Assembly (NCBI GenBank): GCA_965215505.1
Contig: OZ244065.1
Span: 3,744,001-3,808,000 of the forward strand
Direction: 5' to 3'
From: Capsulimonadaceae bacterium
GTDB taxonomy: Bacteria > Armatimonadota > Armatimonadia > Armatimonadales > Capsulimonadaceae
DNA length: 64,000 nt
Shown: in pieces, positions 28,727 to 38,392 of the stretch
How the letters are laid out: every line of letters starts with the position of its first letter
Position numbering within the stretch: the first letter of the stretch is position 1
Made by a program: the position numbers and the translations under genes
Notes under the pieces: model-generated
Told to the model about the DNA's origin: nothing
What the model saw: the letters and a program-made list of their open reading frames with translations, nothing else
The model's database searches: none

Positions 28727-28800
28727 TCTGACGGCGGGGGACGTTATTGGAGCAACGCCCTCCCGTCTGCTGGTTGCAGTATACCACAAAACATCAATTT

Positions 28801-28819
28801 GATACAGTGATACTGTATC
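28801..28819. promoter_or_regulatory. Palindromic operator upstream of ggt
   Basis: GATACAG-tgata-CTGTATC. Confidence 0.4.
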
Positions 28820-28848
28820 GGTCTACCCAGAACGGGGGCAGCACGGGC

Positions 28849-30426
28849 ATGAGAAGCATCACGCGGACACCGGGGCGCACGGCGCGCACGGGGATGGTGG
28901 CGGCGGCGAACCCGCTCGCCTCGCTGATCGGAGTCGAGATCCTGCGCGCGGGCGGCAACGCCGCCGACGCGGCCGTCGCGATGGGGGCGGCCATGGCCGT
29001 CATGGAGCCGCACCTCTCCCACCTCGGCGGGGACGCCTTCGCGCAGGTGTGGGACGCGCCCGCGCGCAAGCTTTCCGCCCTCAACGGCAGCGGCGCGGCC
29101 CCGGCCGGGGCGACACTTGCGGCGATGGGCGGCGAGATCCCCCTGCGCGGCATCCGGGCGGCCTCGGTCCCCGGCGCGGTGGCGGCCTGGATGACGATGC
29201 TGGAAACCTGGGGGACGATGACCGCCTCGGAGGTCCTGGCCCCCGCCGCCGCCCTGGCCGAAGACGGCTACGCGCTGCCCGCCTGGCAGGCCGCGCTGCT
29301 GCGCTCCCATGACGCGCTGTGGGAGGAGTTCCCCGAGTCGGGCGCGGCGCTGGTCCCCGACGACCTGCGGCCCGGCGTCACCCTCTACCAGCCCGTCCTC
29401 GCCCGGACCCTGCGCCAGATCGCCGACGGCGGGCGCGCGGCCTTCTACGAGGGCGAGTTCGCCGAGAGGATGGTCGCCCATTCCGAAGCAAGCGGCGGGT
29501 TCTTCACGCGCGAAGATCTGGCCGCCCACCGGTCGCAAATCCTGGAGCCGATCCGCACGACGTACCGGGGCGTCACGGTGACGGAGCAGCCGCCGGTTTC
29601 GCAGGGCTGCCTGCTGCTGCAAATGCTGAACATCGTGGAGGGCTTCGACCTGGCCGGCCTGGACCCCGAAGGGGCGGAGGCCCTGCACCTGATGGCCGAG
29701 GCGAAGAAGCTGGCCTTTGCGGACCGCCTGGCCTATCTGGGCGACGTGCCCGACACGCCGCTCGCGACTTTGCTGTCCAAGGACTACGCCGCCCAGCAGC
29801 GCAAGCGCATCGGGGCCGAGGCCGCGCCGCGCTACTCGCCGGGCCGTCTGCCGGCCGTGAACGGCGGCTCGGACACCACCTACCTGTGCGTCGTGGACGG
29901 GCGCGGCAACGCCGTGTCCTGGATACAGAGCGTTTTCCACGGCTACGGCAGCGGCGTGGTCGTGCCGGGCACGGGCGTCCTGCTGAACAACCGCATGACC
30001 GGCTTCAGCCTGGACCCGAAGAACCCGAACGTGCTTGCGCCGGGCAAGAAGACGATGCACACGCTCAACACCTGGATGGCCTTCAAAGACGATGACCTGT
30101 GGGCGGTGGGGGGGACGCCCGGCGCGGATGTGCAGGTGCAGACGAATTTGCAGACGATCACGCAGATGGTGGACTGGGGCCGCAGCCCGCAGGAGGCCAT
30201 CGAAAGCCCCAAGTGGCACGTCCCGCCGGACGGCGCGGAGCTTGCCGTCGAGGACCGACTGCCGCTCGACACCTGCTACGAGCTGCGCCGCCGGGGCCAC
30301 CACCTGACGGTCGGGGGGCCGTGGTCGGGCCTGTGTTCGTCCCAGATCATCACTCTGGACCCGGCGACGGGTTCCTTGATCGGCGGCTCCGACCCGCGCT
30401 ACGACGGGCTGGCGCTGGGATACTAA
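28849..30426 (+). CDS. ggt: Gamma-glutamyltransferase family protein
   Basis: GGNAADAAVA, GGDAF, SDTTYL (nucleophile Thr), LNNRM and GTPG motifs. Confidence 0.92.
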   Translation: MRSITRTPGRTARTGMVAAANPLASLIGVEILRAGGNAADAAVAMGAAMAVMEPHLSHLGGDAFAQVWDAPARKLSALNGSGAAPAGATLAAMGGEIPLRGIRAASVPGAVAAWMTMLETWGTMTASEVLAPAAALAEDGYALPAWQAALLRSHDALWEEFPESGAALVPDDLRPGVTLYQPVLARTLRQIADGGRAAFYEGEFAERMVAHSEASGGFFTREDLAAHRSQILEPIRTTYRGVTVTEQPPVSQGCLLLQMLNIVEGFDLAGLDPEGAEALHLMAEAKKLAFADRLAYLGDVPDTPLATLLSKDYAAQQRKRIGAEAAPRYSPGRLPAVNGGSDTTYLCVVDGRGNAVSWIQSVFHGYGSGVVVPGTGVLLNNRMTGFSLDPKNPNVLAPGKKTMHTLNTWMAFKDDDLWAVGGTPGADVQVQTNLQTITQMVDWGRSPQEAIESPKWHVPPDGAELAVEDRLPLDTCYELRRRGHHLTVGGPWSGLCSSQIITLDPATGSLIGGSDPRYDGLALGY

Positions 30427-30430
30427 GGCC

Positions 30431-31378
30431 TTACCCCGGCGGCTCCACCGGACGCAGCTCCTCGGGGTGCAGGCGCAGGTAGCGCATCAGGTGACGCCGC
30501 TTCTCCAAGCCCCGGTGGGCGGGGCCGGCTTCGGGTGCGTCAGGGAACAGGCCCGGCTCCGTGCCGGCGACGCGGTCGTAGATGCCCACCCAGCGCTTCT
30601 TGACGGCGGCCACGGTGACGCCCAGGGCGGCGGCCATCTCCTCGTCCGTCTTGTCAAGAAGGGCGTGCCAGAGCAGGTCCTGCTCGCGGGGCTTGAAGTA
30701 GAACCGGGGCGGGGTGTAGACGAAGAGCCGCGAGACGTGAAGCCCAGGGTGCGGCAGCGTCTCCTCACGCGTGATCCCCAGCAGGGTGGGGCACTCGCCG
30801 GCGGGCCGCGCGTGGGTGCGGTAGTACGCGCCGTACTCGGAGCGGACGCGGAAGCCGCTCTCGATGGCGAACTGGCGCAGGTGTTCGCTGCGGTGTTCCA
30901 CCAGCACCTCGGCATAGCGGTAGCCGCCGTGGACGTAAAAGAACGTCTCCACCTGCTTGTCCCGGACGCCCCGCAGCCGCTCGGGGGGGCCGGGCGCTTC
31001 CGCATAGTGCAGCACGATCAGGTTCAGCCCCGGCCCCGAGTTCGCCCGGCGGACCGCGTCGGGGGCGAGTACGGGCGCGCGCCCCGATCCGAGCCGCCGC
31101 GCGACGAGGGCAGCCAAGCCCGGCGTCCCGCCGCGCCGCGCCTCGGCCATGAAGTCGGGCGCGGCGAAGACGCTCATGCCGAACGCGGCCAGCCGCTCGC
31201 CGGGCGCACCGGTCAAGTCTTCCAGCACCATACCGTTCAGCATGCCCGCCGCCAGCAGCCGCCGCCAGACCTGCGGGGCGCGTCGGAAGCCTTCCGGGTC
31301 GCCCGCGTAATCCTCCGCCGCCAGGGCGAGACACGGTTCGAGATCGGCGGCCTCCAGGGGGCGATAGACCAGATACAC
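30431..31378 (-). CDS. Putative regulator: unknown N-terminal domain plus LuxR-like HTH
   Basis: FKPREQDLL..KTDEEMAAALGVTVAAVKKRWVGIYDRV. Confidence 0.6.
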   Translation of the reverse strand: MYLVYRPLEAADLEPCLALAAEDYAGDPEGFRRAPQVWRRLLAAGMLNGMVLEDLTGAPGERLAAFGMSVFAAPDFMAEARRGGTPGLAALVARRLGSGRAPVLAPDAVRRANSGPGLNLIVLHYAEAPGPPERLRGVRDKQVETFFYVHGGYRYAEVLVEHRSEHLRQFAIESGFRVRSEYGAYYRTHARPAGECPTLLGITREETLPHPGLHVSRLFVYTPPRFYFKPREQDLLWHALLDKTDEEMAAALGVTVAAVKKRWVGIYDRVAGTEPGLFPDAPEAGPAHRGLEKRRHLMRYLRLHPEELRPVEPPG

Positions 31379-31465
31379 GCGCTTGCCTCCTCTGCATCCG
31401 GGAATGCGTCCGCGCCTATTTTACCCCGCGTTCCGGAATACCCGTGTTTTTACCCTTTTAGGATA

Positions 31466-31494
31466 TTGATTCCTGTCCCCGCCTGTCTTATAAT
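31466..31494 (+). promoter_or_regulatory. Strong sigma70 promoter
   Basis: TTGATT-17-TATAAT. Confidence 0.65.
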
Positions 31495-31792
31495 AGCACT
31501 CAGGACACGGGTTATGTTGCTGAGTGCCCCCCCAGGCACAGTTGACGTCCGTGTCTCCACTTTTCTTTCCCGTCCCCCTTCCGTTGTTCCCTCCCATGTT
31601 CCCTCCCAATGATGCGGCGCATTGACAGGCGTGTCGGTCCCGGCCCGCCACGAACCCGGCCCGGCGTATGGGGCGGCATAGGCAACCCGGCCCTTCAGGG
31701 CCGGGACCGATGCGCCGGGTGCGTCGCGCTCCGGGCCTCTCTTGCCCAGAGAGGCTGTTGAGCAGACGCCCCGTGCCGGGCGATAACGCTTC

Positions 31793-32332
31793 ATGGACAC
31801 AATGACAATCAAGACTCCTCGCATGACCCTCGTGCCCGCGACCGTCGCCCTGGCCCGCGCAGAGATCGAGGACCGTCCCGCTTTTGCCGCCCTGCTCGGT
31901 GCCGCCGTCCCCGCCGCCTGGCCGCCGGAGATCCTGCGGGACGCCCTGGCCTTCTTCCTCCGGCAGCTAGAGGCCGCCCCGGACCGGGTCGGCTGGGGTG
32001 CCTGGTACGGCGTGGCTGATGGGGAGGGCGGTGGGGCGGGCACTTTGGTCGCGAGCGGTGGGTTCTTCGGGCCGCCGGAGGCGGGGACCGTCGAGATCGG
32101 CTACTCGGTCCTGCCCGAGTTCCAGCGGAGAGGGTACGGGGGCGAGGTGGCCGGGGCGCTCACAGAATGGTCCTTGGGACAGCCGGGGGTCAGGCGCGTC
32201 ACCGCGAACGCGGCGTCGGACAACGCGCCCTCGGTGCGGCTGCTGCGCCGGCTGGGCTTCGTGGAGCGGGGAGCGTCCGAGGAGCCGGGGCACGTCCGGT
32301 TTGAGAAGGCGGCGGGCAACGGAGGCGGTTAG
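31793..32332 (+). CDS. GNAT (RimJ/RimL-like) acetyltransferase
   Basis: [29 protein letters not shown]. Confidence 0.85.
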   Translation: MDTMTIKTPRMTLVPATVALARAEIEDRPAFAALLGAAVPAAWPPEILRDALAFFLRQLEAAPDRVGWGAWYGVADGEGGGAGTLVASGGFFGPPEAGTVEIGYSVLPEFQRRGYGGEVAGALTEWSLGQPGVRRVTANAASDNAPSVRLLRRLGFVERGASEEPGHVRFEKAAGNGGG

Positions 32333-33084
32333 ATCGTCAGTCCGCCGTCCATGACCAGGGTCTGGCCGGTGATGTAGTCGCTGGCCGGGCCGCAGAGGAA
32401 GGCCACCATGCCCGCGATCTCGTCGGTCCGCCCGAAGCGGCCGGCAGGGATCTGCCGCAGCAGCTCGCCCTTGCGCTCCGGGGGGATCTCCACGGTCATG
32501 GCCGTCTCGATGAAGCCCGGCGCGACGGCGTTCACCTGGATGTGGCGGCTGGCGACCTCTTTAGCGACCGTCCGCGTGAAACCGATCAGGCCGGCCTTGG
32601 CGGCGGCGTAGTTCGCCTGGCCGGGGCTTGCGATCAGCCCGATGACGCTGGTGATGTTGACGATCTTGCCGCGCTTCTGCTTCAACATCGGCTTCAGGGC
32701 GGCCCGCGTCATCAGGAACGCCCCCTTCAGGTTCGTGTCCAGCACGGCGTCCCAATCCGCCTCGGACATCCGCAGCAGCAGGCCGTCGCGGGTCAGGCCG
32801 GCGTTGTTGACCACGATGTCCAAAGCCCCCCAGTCCGCCAGGACGCGCGCCACCAGGGCGTCCACCTGGTCACTCTGGGTGACGTCCCCGCGCAGGGCGG
32901 ACGCCCGCCCGCCCCCGGCGGCGATCTGGGCGACCACTTCCGCCGCCGCCTCCTCCGAAGTCCGGTAGACGACGGCCACAGCCGCCCCCTGGGCGGCCAG
33001 GGCCAGCGCGATGGCCCGCCCGATGCCCGTCCCACCGCCCGTCACGAGCGCGATTTTGCCTGCCAAAGTTTCGCTCATCGGCAT
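32329..33084 (-). CDS. fabG: 3-oxoacyl-ACP reductase
   Basis: [23 protein letters not shown] and VAPGFI motifs. Confidence 0.85.
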   Translation of the reverse strand: MPMSETLAGKIALVTGGGTGIGRAIALALAAQGAAVAVVYRTSEEAAAEVVAQIAAGGGRASALRGDVTQSDQVDALVARVLADWGALDIVVNNAGLTRDGLLLRMSEADWDAVLDTNLKGAFLMTRAALKPMLKQKRGKIVNITSVIGLIASPGQANYAAAKAGLIGFTRTVAKEVASRHIQVNAVAPGFIETAMTVEIPPERKGELLRQIPAGRFGRTDEIAGMVAFLCGPASDYITGQTLVMDGGLTI

Positions 33085-33088
33085 CAGT

Positions 33089-33871
33089 TTACACCCACGC
33101 CCGGTAGACTTGCAGCGTCCAGACGTGGCGGGAGCGCCGGGCGGAGAAGTCGATCAGGCCCTCCGTGCGGAGGCGCGTCATGACGTCCATATTCTCCTTG
33201 AACTCGGCGCAGAAGGGCACCTCCACCTGCTCCATCAGCTCCACATTGTCGCCGAAGGCCCGCCGAGCCGCTTCCAGGGTCCGGGGGACGTTGGAGATCG
33301 TGCCGGTCGGGAAGTACAGAACGCCCTTGGGCTTCAGATACTGCCGCACCGAGTCCAGCATCCGGACGATCTGGTCGGCCCCGTCGTGCCCGCCGGTCGG
33401 GATCGAGTCGGGATACCAGGGCGAGAGCCGCGAGACCTCGTCCACGACGCCCGAGACGTCGCTGACGATCACATCGTAGCGCTGGCCCGCCACCGGCTGG
33501 AACAGGTCGCCGCTGGACACCACGACGCGGTCGGCGACGCCGTTGCGCCGGGCATTGGCCTCCACCAGCGGCTTGGCCTGCTCCATGACGTCCACGGCAT
33601 GGACATGGGAGGCCCCCTTCAGGGCGGCGATGATCGCCAGCACGCCCGCCCCGCAGCCCAGGTCCAGCACGCGGGCGCCTTCGGGGATCTTGACCGCCTG
33701 GGCCAGCAGCCGGCTGGTCAGGGTCGGCTGGAAGACGGTGTCGTTGATCTCCATCTCCACTTCGTAGCCGCCGTACTGGTACGAACGGAGGGTGGCAGTG
33801 GCCGCCTTGTCCGCGTCCGGGGCGGCCGTCTTCTTATCCTGGACGTTTGTCTTTTGCAGCGTGGTGTTCAT
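33089..33871 (-). CDS. Class I SAM-dependent methyltransferase (HemK-like fold)
   Basis: [21 protein letters not shown]. Confidence 0.82.
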   Translation of the reverse strand: MNTTLQKTNVQDKKTAAPDADKAATATLRSYQYGGYEVEMEINDTVFQPTLTSRLLAQAVKIPEGARVLDLGCGAGVLAIIAALKGASHVHAVDVMEQAKPLVEANARRNGVADRVVVSSGDLFQPVAGQRYDVIVSDVSGVVDEVSRLSPWYPDSIPTGGHDGADQIVRMLDSVRQYLKPKGVLYFPTGTISNVPRTLEAARRAFGDNVELMEQVEVPFCAEFKENMDVMTRLRTEGLIDFSARRSRHVWTLQVYRAWV

Positions 33872-34205
33872 GGTGTTCCTTGCCGTTTCGCGCGAGCCTT
33901 TGCGCGCCCGTGCGCGCCTGTATCCTAAGACAGAGCCTCTGAGATGGGATTATGTTCCCACGGCTTGTCGAGGACCATTGGGCATGGGGGAAATGCGGCC
34001 GGATAAAGCTGCCGACGGGCGACCCGAAGCAGGCGGCACCGACGCCCCGCGTCGGCACCTTCCGGTCCGGCTTGCCTCCATTTTACCACAAACTCGGACT
34101 TAGTCGGGGGTCACACAAAAAATAAGCCGCCAAAATGAAATCCCCCGCCGGTCGGCTGACGGCGGGGGCGATGGAATTGGAGAACAGAAGGTGGACGGGG
34201 CAAGC

Positions 34206-34496
34206 CTAGACGGCCCAGCGGTAGGCGACGGCGCGGGCGATCAGCGCCCGGCGCGTGGGGACGCCCGCCCGCTGCTGGAGGCGCGACAGGACCTGATGCG
34301 CCTCGCCCGGCGGCATCTCCAGCCGCTGCTCCGCCTGAATCAGAGGCTCGCCCCAGATCAAAGCCAGGAGCAGGCCGCGCTCCCCCGCCGAGAGCGGGAA
34401 GGACCACAAAGACTGCGCCCGGTTGGAAGAGTTAGAAGACTGCACTTCGCCGGAAGCCCGCGCGCCGTTAGGCTGTGTACTGCTCGTGTTCAACAT
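34206..34496 (-). CDS. Small LuxR-like HTH protein
   Basis: LSAGER.LL....G ... GVPTRRALIARA. Confidence 0.5.
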   Translation of the reverse strand: MLNTSSTQPNGARASGEVQSSNSSNRAQSLWSFPLSAGERGLLLALIWGEPLIQAEQRLEMPPGEAHQVLSRLQQRAGVPTRRALIARAVAYRWAV

Positions 34497-34700
34497 GGTC
34501 CTCTCCGGTGGATACATCGCGAAGTTCTTGACCTTGACGACTTACTTTACCACCCCATCGTAAACACAGCGTTAAATTTTGGCGAGTTCGGTAGTATATA
34601 CTACGAAAATCAAAATATATTTTTCGTCTGGCCTCCTGTACCGGCCCGCCGAATCTGCCGATAGAAGAGTCAGCCTTTTTCCGCGACCGGGAGAGCCGAC

Positions 34701-37418
34701 GTGGCCTCGCAACACCGAAACCCACTCACGCCCGAAAAGCCGCTCGCCCCGGCGGGCGTGTTCCGTCTGACCGTACTGGCGGCGGGCGTCCTGGCCCTGT
34801 TCTATGTGGGCTGCCTGGCCGCCCTCCTGTTCACAGTGGCGCTCCTCGCGCTCGACCTCGGCCTGGCCGTCGGGGCGACCCGGTTCGGCATCGGCGGCTT
34901 CATGAAGGGGCCTCTGGAAGCCCTCCTGCGGCTCCTCTCCTGCCTCACGCGGAGCCTGCGCCTGGAGCGCGAGGCGGACTACGCCCTGCCCCTGCGGGCG
35001 GAGCAGGCCCCCGGACTGTTCGCGCTGGTGGACCGGGTCGCCCGCGCGTCCGGAGTGCGGACGCCCGACCGGGTCGTGCTGGAGATGAGCGACAACGCTT
35101 GGGTCCGGCTGCGCGGCTACCGCCGGGGGCGCGGCCACTGCACGCTCGGCCTGGGCTACGACCTGCTGGCGATCCTCACCGAAGAAGAACTCGCCGCCGT
35201 GCTGGCCCACGAGATGGCGCACGCCCGGCTCGTCGGGCGCGGCCTCAAGGGCTGGCTCGGCAACGGCGTCGCCCGCGCCGCCCGCATGGCGGACGCCTTG
35301 CGGGAGGAGGCCCGACCCGGCCCGGAGCGGGGCCGGTTCTTCCTGGCCGAGATCCTGGCGAATGCCGCCGCACGGCTGGCCGGGGCGGGCGCGCGCCACT
35401 TCGCCGCCCTGTGCCGTCAGGATGAGTTCGACGCCGACCGCGCCGCCGCCGCCCTGTGCGGCAGCGCGGTCGGCGCGCGCGCACTGCGCCGGTCCCACGT
35501 CAGCGGCCTGAAGGCAGGCCCCCACTGGCGGGACCGCCTGGTCGCCTCCCAGCGCGGCGTCAGCCTGGCCGCCTGGGTGCGCGAACTCCGCCTGCCCGCC
35601 GACGAGGCCGAACGGCAGGCTCTGGAGGCGCTGGCGCTCGGGGAGGCCCCGAGCGGCGAGTTCCGGGCGCACCCCTCGCTCGCCGACCGGCTCGCGGCCC
35701 TCCAGAGCGTGGCCTCCCAAAGCGTGGCCCCGCCGCCCGCCGCAGGCGACGACCGGCCCGACGCTTCCCTCCCCGCCCAAGCGCTGCTCGGCGATGCGGA
35801 CGCGCTGGCCGCCGACCTGATCGCTCACGTTGAGCGTGTCGCCGCCGAGGAGGAAAGGCTGGCGGGCCGCCGCCTGCGCCGGCTGGCCCGCAAGGACCGG
35901 AAGCCGCGCACCCGCCACACGGCGGGCGAGGCGGCCGGGATGGCGCTCACCGCCGTCGGCGCGACGCTGGCCTTCCTCGGGCTGCTGGGCCTGGGGATCG
36001 CCCTCTGGCTGCCGTCTTCCCCCGGACAGGCCGCGAAGGATGCCGCCTCGTCGCTGACCTTCGTCGGGCCGGGCGTCCTGATGCTGGCCGCCGGGGGCGC
36101 CCTGATGCGCCTGCTCCGGTTCAAAGACCGGATCGCCCTGCCGGTCCCGCCGCTCGCCCTGTTCATGGCGTCCCTCGAGGTCCGTGACCTGAGTGCGCCC
36201 GCCCAGGCGGCGCAGACGTGCGCCCGGCAGGAGGCGGAGCGGGCGCTGCGGGCGCAGGCCCCGCCCGCCCTCAAGCGCCGGCCGGAGCGGGCACGGTTCT
36301 GGGCGCATCGGGCCTATGACTCCCTCGCGCAGTGCGACTATGTGCGGGCCGAGGCGGCGTCCGCCCTGTGCCTGGAGGCCGACCCGCGCTCCGTCGAGGG
36401 CCGGGCCGCGCGCGGCGTGACGTCGGCCTACTTCGGGGACGCGCCCGGCTTTGCGGGGTCCCTGGGCGTGGCCGTGCGGGAATACGGAGCCACTCGCTCC
36501 CTGAGCTGGGGCCTGGGATGGAGCCTCCTGATGCTCGGCGAGTGGCCGCGCGCGGAGGCGTCCCTGCAAGACGCCATCGAGTCTGCCCCCGAGACCGCCG
36601 CGCTCCGGTCGCTGTGCGGCCTGTGCCGGTGGCAGCAGGGGAAGACGCGCGAGGCGGCGGGGGCGGTCCGGCAGGCCATCGCCCTCGCGCCGCCCGAGCC
36701 GGCCCACCGTCTGCTGCTGGCCCGCATCCTGCTGGCCTCGGGCCTGCCGCGCGACGCCGCCCGCGAGTTCGATCTGCTGGAAGCGGACCTCCCGCGTGAC
36801 CCGGACCTGATGGCGGGCCGCGTCCGGGCCGCCCTGCTGCTGGGCGACGGGGAGGAGGCGGACTGCCGCGCGGCCTCCTTCGAGGCCGCCCACCCCTCGG
36901 CGAAGACCCTGCTGCGGCTGGCGGACCTCTACGCCGGGGCCGGGCGTGAGGACGCGGCGGAGGGGTTCCGGGGGCGCGTGCAGGCGCAGGGCTTCTATCC
37001 GGAGGCCTCGATCGGGCTGGCCCGTGCCGCCCATCGTCGCGGCGAGGACGGGGCGGCGCGGGCGCTGCTCCTGTCCGCGCTGGCCATGACGCGCGCGCCG
37101 GGGCCGCACGCGCTCGGGCCGCTGGACGTGCTGGCAGACATCCTGCGCGGCCTCCTCGTGCTGAACCCGCCGCCGTGCGCCTGCTCCGAATGGGCGGCGG
37201 CGATCCCGCTGCCCTCCCCCGCGCCGGGGATGCGGTGCCTGTCCCTGCGCGTGGCCGCGCCCTCGCCCGCCGAGGCCGCCGCGCTGGTCGGCGAGGTGTA
37301 TGCGGCCATGCGCCCCGGCGCGGACCTGTCGGGGACGGAGATCGAGTGGCGTCCCCTCCCGGCCTCCCCGGAGGGCGGCGATGTGCGCCCCGGCGTCACC
37401 GGCTGGCAGTTCTCGTGA
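34701..37418 (+). CDS. M48 metallopeptidase with TPR repeats
   Basis: AVLAHEMAH, DEFDAD, HPSLADRL; TM segments and C-terminal TPR-like helices. Confidence 0.82.
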   Translation: MASQHRNPLTPEKPLAPAGVFRLTVLAAGVLALFYVGCLAALLFTVALLALDLGLAVGATRFGIGGFMKGPLEALLRLLSCLTRSLRLEREADYALPLRAEQAPGLFALVDRVARASGVRTPDRVVLEMSDNAWVRLRGYRRGRGHCTLGLGYDLLAILTEEELAAVLAHEMAHARLVGRGLKGWLGNGVARAARMADALREEARPGPERGRFFLAEILANAAARLAGAGARHFAALCRQDEFDADRAAAALCGSAVGARALRRSHVSGLKAGPHWRDRLVASQRGVSLAAWVRELRLPADEAERQALEALALGEAPSGEFRAHPSLADRLAALQSVASQSVAPPPAAGDDRPDASLPAQALLGDADALAADLIAHVERVAAEEERLAGRRLRRLARKDRKPRTRHTAGEAAGMALTAVGATLAFLGLLGLGIALWLPSSPGQAAKDAASSLTFVGPGVLMLAAGGALMRLLRFKDRIALPVPPLALFMASLEVRDLSAPAQAAQTCARQEAERALRAQAPPALKRRPERARFWAHRAYDSLAQCDYVRAEAASALCLEADPRSVEGRAARGVTSAYFGDAPGFAGSLGVAVREYGATRSLSWGLGWSLLMLGEWPRAEASLQDAIESAPETAALRSLCGLCRWQQGKTREAAGAVRQAIALAPPEPAHRLLLARILLASGLPRDAAREFDLLEADLPRDPDLMAGRVRAALLLGDGEEADCRAASFEAAHPSAKTLLRLADLYAGAGREDAAEGFRGRVQAQGFYPEASIGLARAAHRRGEDGAARALLLSALAMTRAPGPHALGPLDVLADILRGLLVLNPPPCACSEWAAAIPLPSPAPGMRCLSLRVAAPSPAEAAALVGEVYAAMRPGADLSGTEIEWRPLPASPEGGDVRPGVTGWQFS

Positions 37419-37455
37419 TGCGCTCGGCAATGCCGACACAATAGGAGCAAACTAT

Positions 37456-38169
37456 ATGGACCTGGAACACGCGCCGCGCCCTTCTGCGCCGCCGCAGCTC
37501 GTCAGCGGCGACACCTTCGCCTCGCTGCCCGGACAACTGACCGTACAATACCCCGTCTGGATGCGCTGCTTCCCCGCCAAGACCGTCCCGCAGCTCCTGC
37601 TGCTCGCGCTGCTCCTGGCCGGCGCGGCGGGCCTGCTGCTGGCGACGCATTCGCCGATGGGCCTGTGGCCGTTCGGGCTGGGGGCGGCGGCGCTCCTCCG
37701 CCGGCTTGACTTCAAGTTCCGCCTGATCCGCGAGCATTTCCAGCATGGCTGCCTGAACCCCGGCCGCGTCGTCTCACTGGACCCGCCCTTGATTGCCGTC
37801 CATACCGACCTCTCGCACACGGCGGGCCAGTCCTGGCCCGCCGTCAAGGTCCTGCCCCAGCCGCTGGGCCGGGCGCGCGGCGCGCGCCCGCGCGTCGGCG
37901 ACCGCGTCGCCACGGTCGCGCTGTATCACGGCTCCCGGCGGCGGCCCCACTGGGGCGACTTCTCGCCCATCGCCGTCCAGTGCGTCACCGACGACGCGGG
38001 CGCGGTGCAGCGCGCCCTGGACCGGCTCTCCGCCGACCCGGACGATGTGTGGGCCGCCCTGGACCGTGGGCTTGCCGCCGTCCCGACCCCGACCACGCCC
38101 GGCCTCTACTGGGTCCCCTCCCCGGAGGCCCCGAGGACGCCGCACAACCCGTTCCTGCCTCCGGCGTAA
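37456..38169 (+). CDS. DUF3239-like membrane protein
   Basis: Two TM segments, then GCLNPGRVV..LIAVHTDL and VATVALY (from recall). Confidence 0.55.
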   Translation: MDLEHAPRPSAPPQLVSGDTFASLPGQLTVQYPVWMRCFPAKTVPQLLLLALLLAGAAGLLLATHSPMGLWPFGLGAAALLRRLDFKFRLIREHFQHGCLNPGRVVSLDPPLIAVHTDLSHTAGQSWPAVKVLPQPLGRARGARPRVGDRVATVALYHGSRRRPHWGDFSPIAVQCVTDDAGAVQRALDRLSADPDDVWAALDRGLAAVPTPTTPGLYWVPSPEAPRTPHNPFLPPA

Positions 38170-38392
38170 GCCCGGCTTGCCTGGTCTGCGGGCGACTGAA
38201 GTCGCGGCAACGAGTTCACAAAACCTGCCTTCGCAGGTTCGGATTCCGCGCAGGCGGACTTTGTGCCTTTGTTGGCGCGGTTTCAACCGCCCGCGAACCC
38301 AGCGCCGCCGCACGGACGCAGGAAAACGCCTGCCCGCCGCCGAACCTGAACACGCGCTCCCAATCGCGGACGCTTCGCTCAGGAGGAACCCC

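Noticed and set aside
33872-34090. SAM or cobalamin riboswitch
   Set aside because: Core consensus elements were not found by eye.
34572-37439. Long antisense and alternate-frame ORFs (this 955-aa ORF, also 43017-45128, 46028-47629, 28744-30303)
   Set aside because: Shadow ORFs of real high-GC genes; Arg/Gly/Pro-rich with no motifs.
38190-38290. c-di-GMP riboswitch upstream of the SBP gene
   Set aside because: Better explained as a REP-like inverted pair (gcgactgaagtcgc / gcggtttcaaccgc); lacks the riboswitch motifs.
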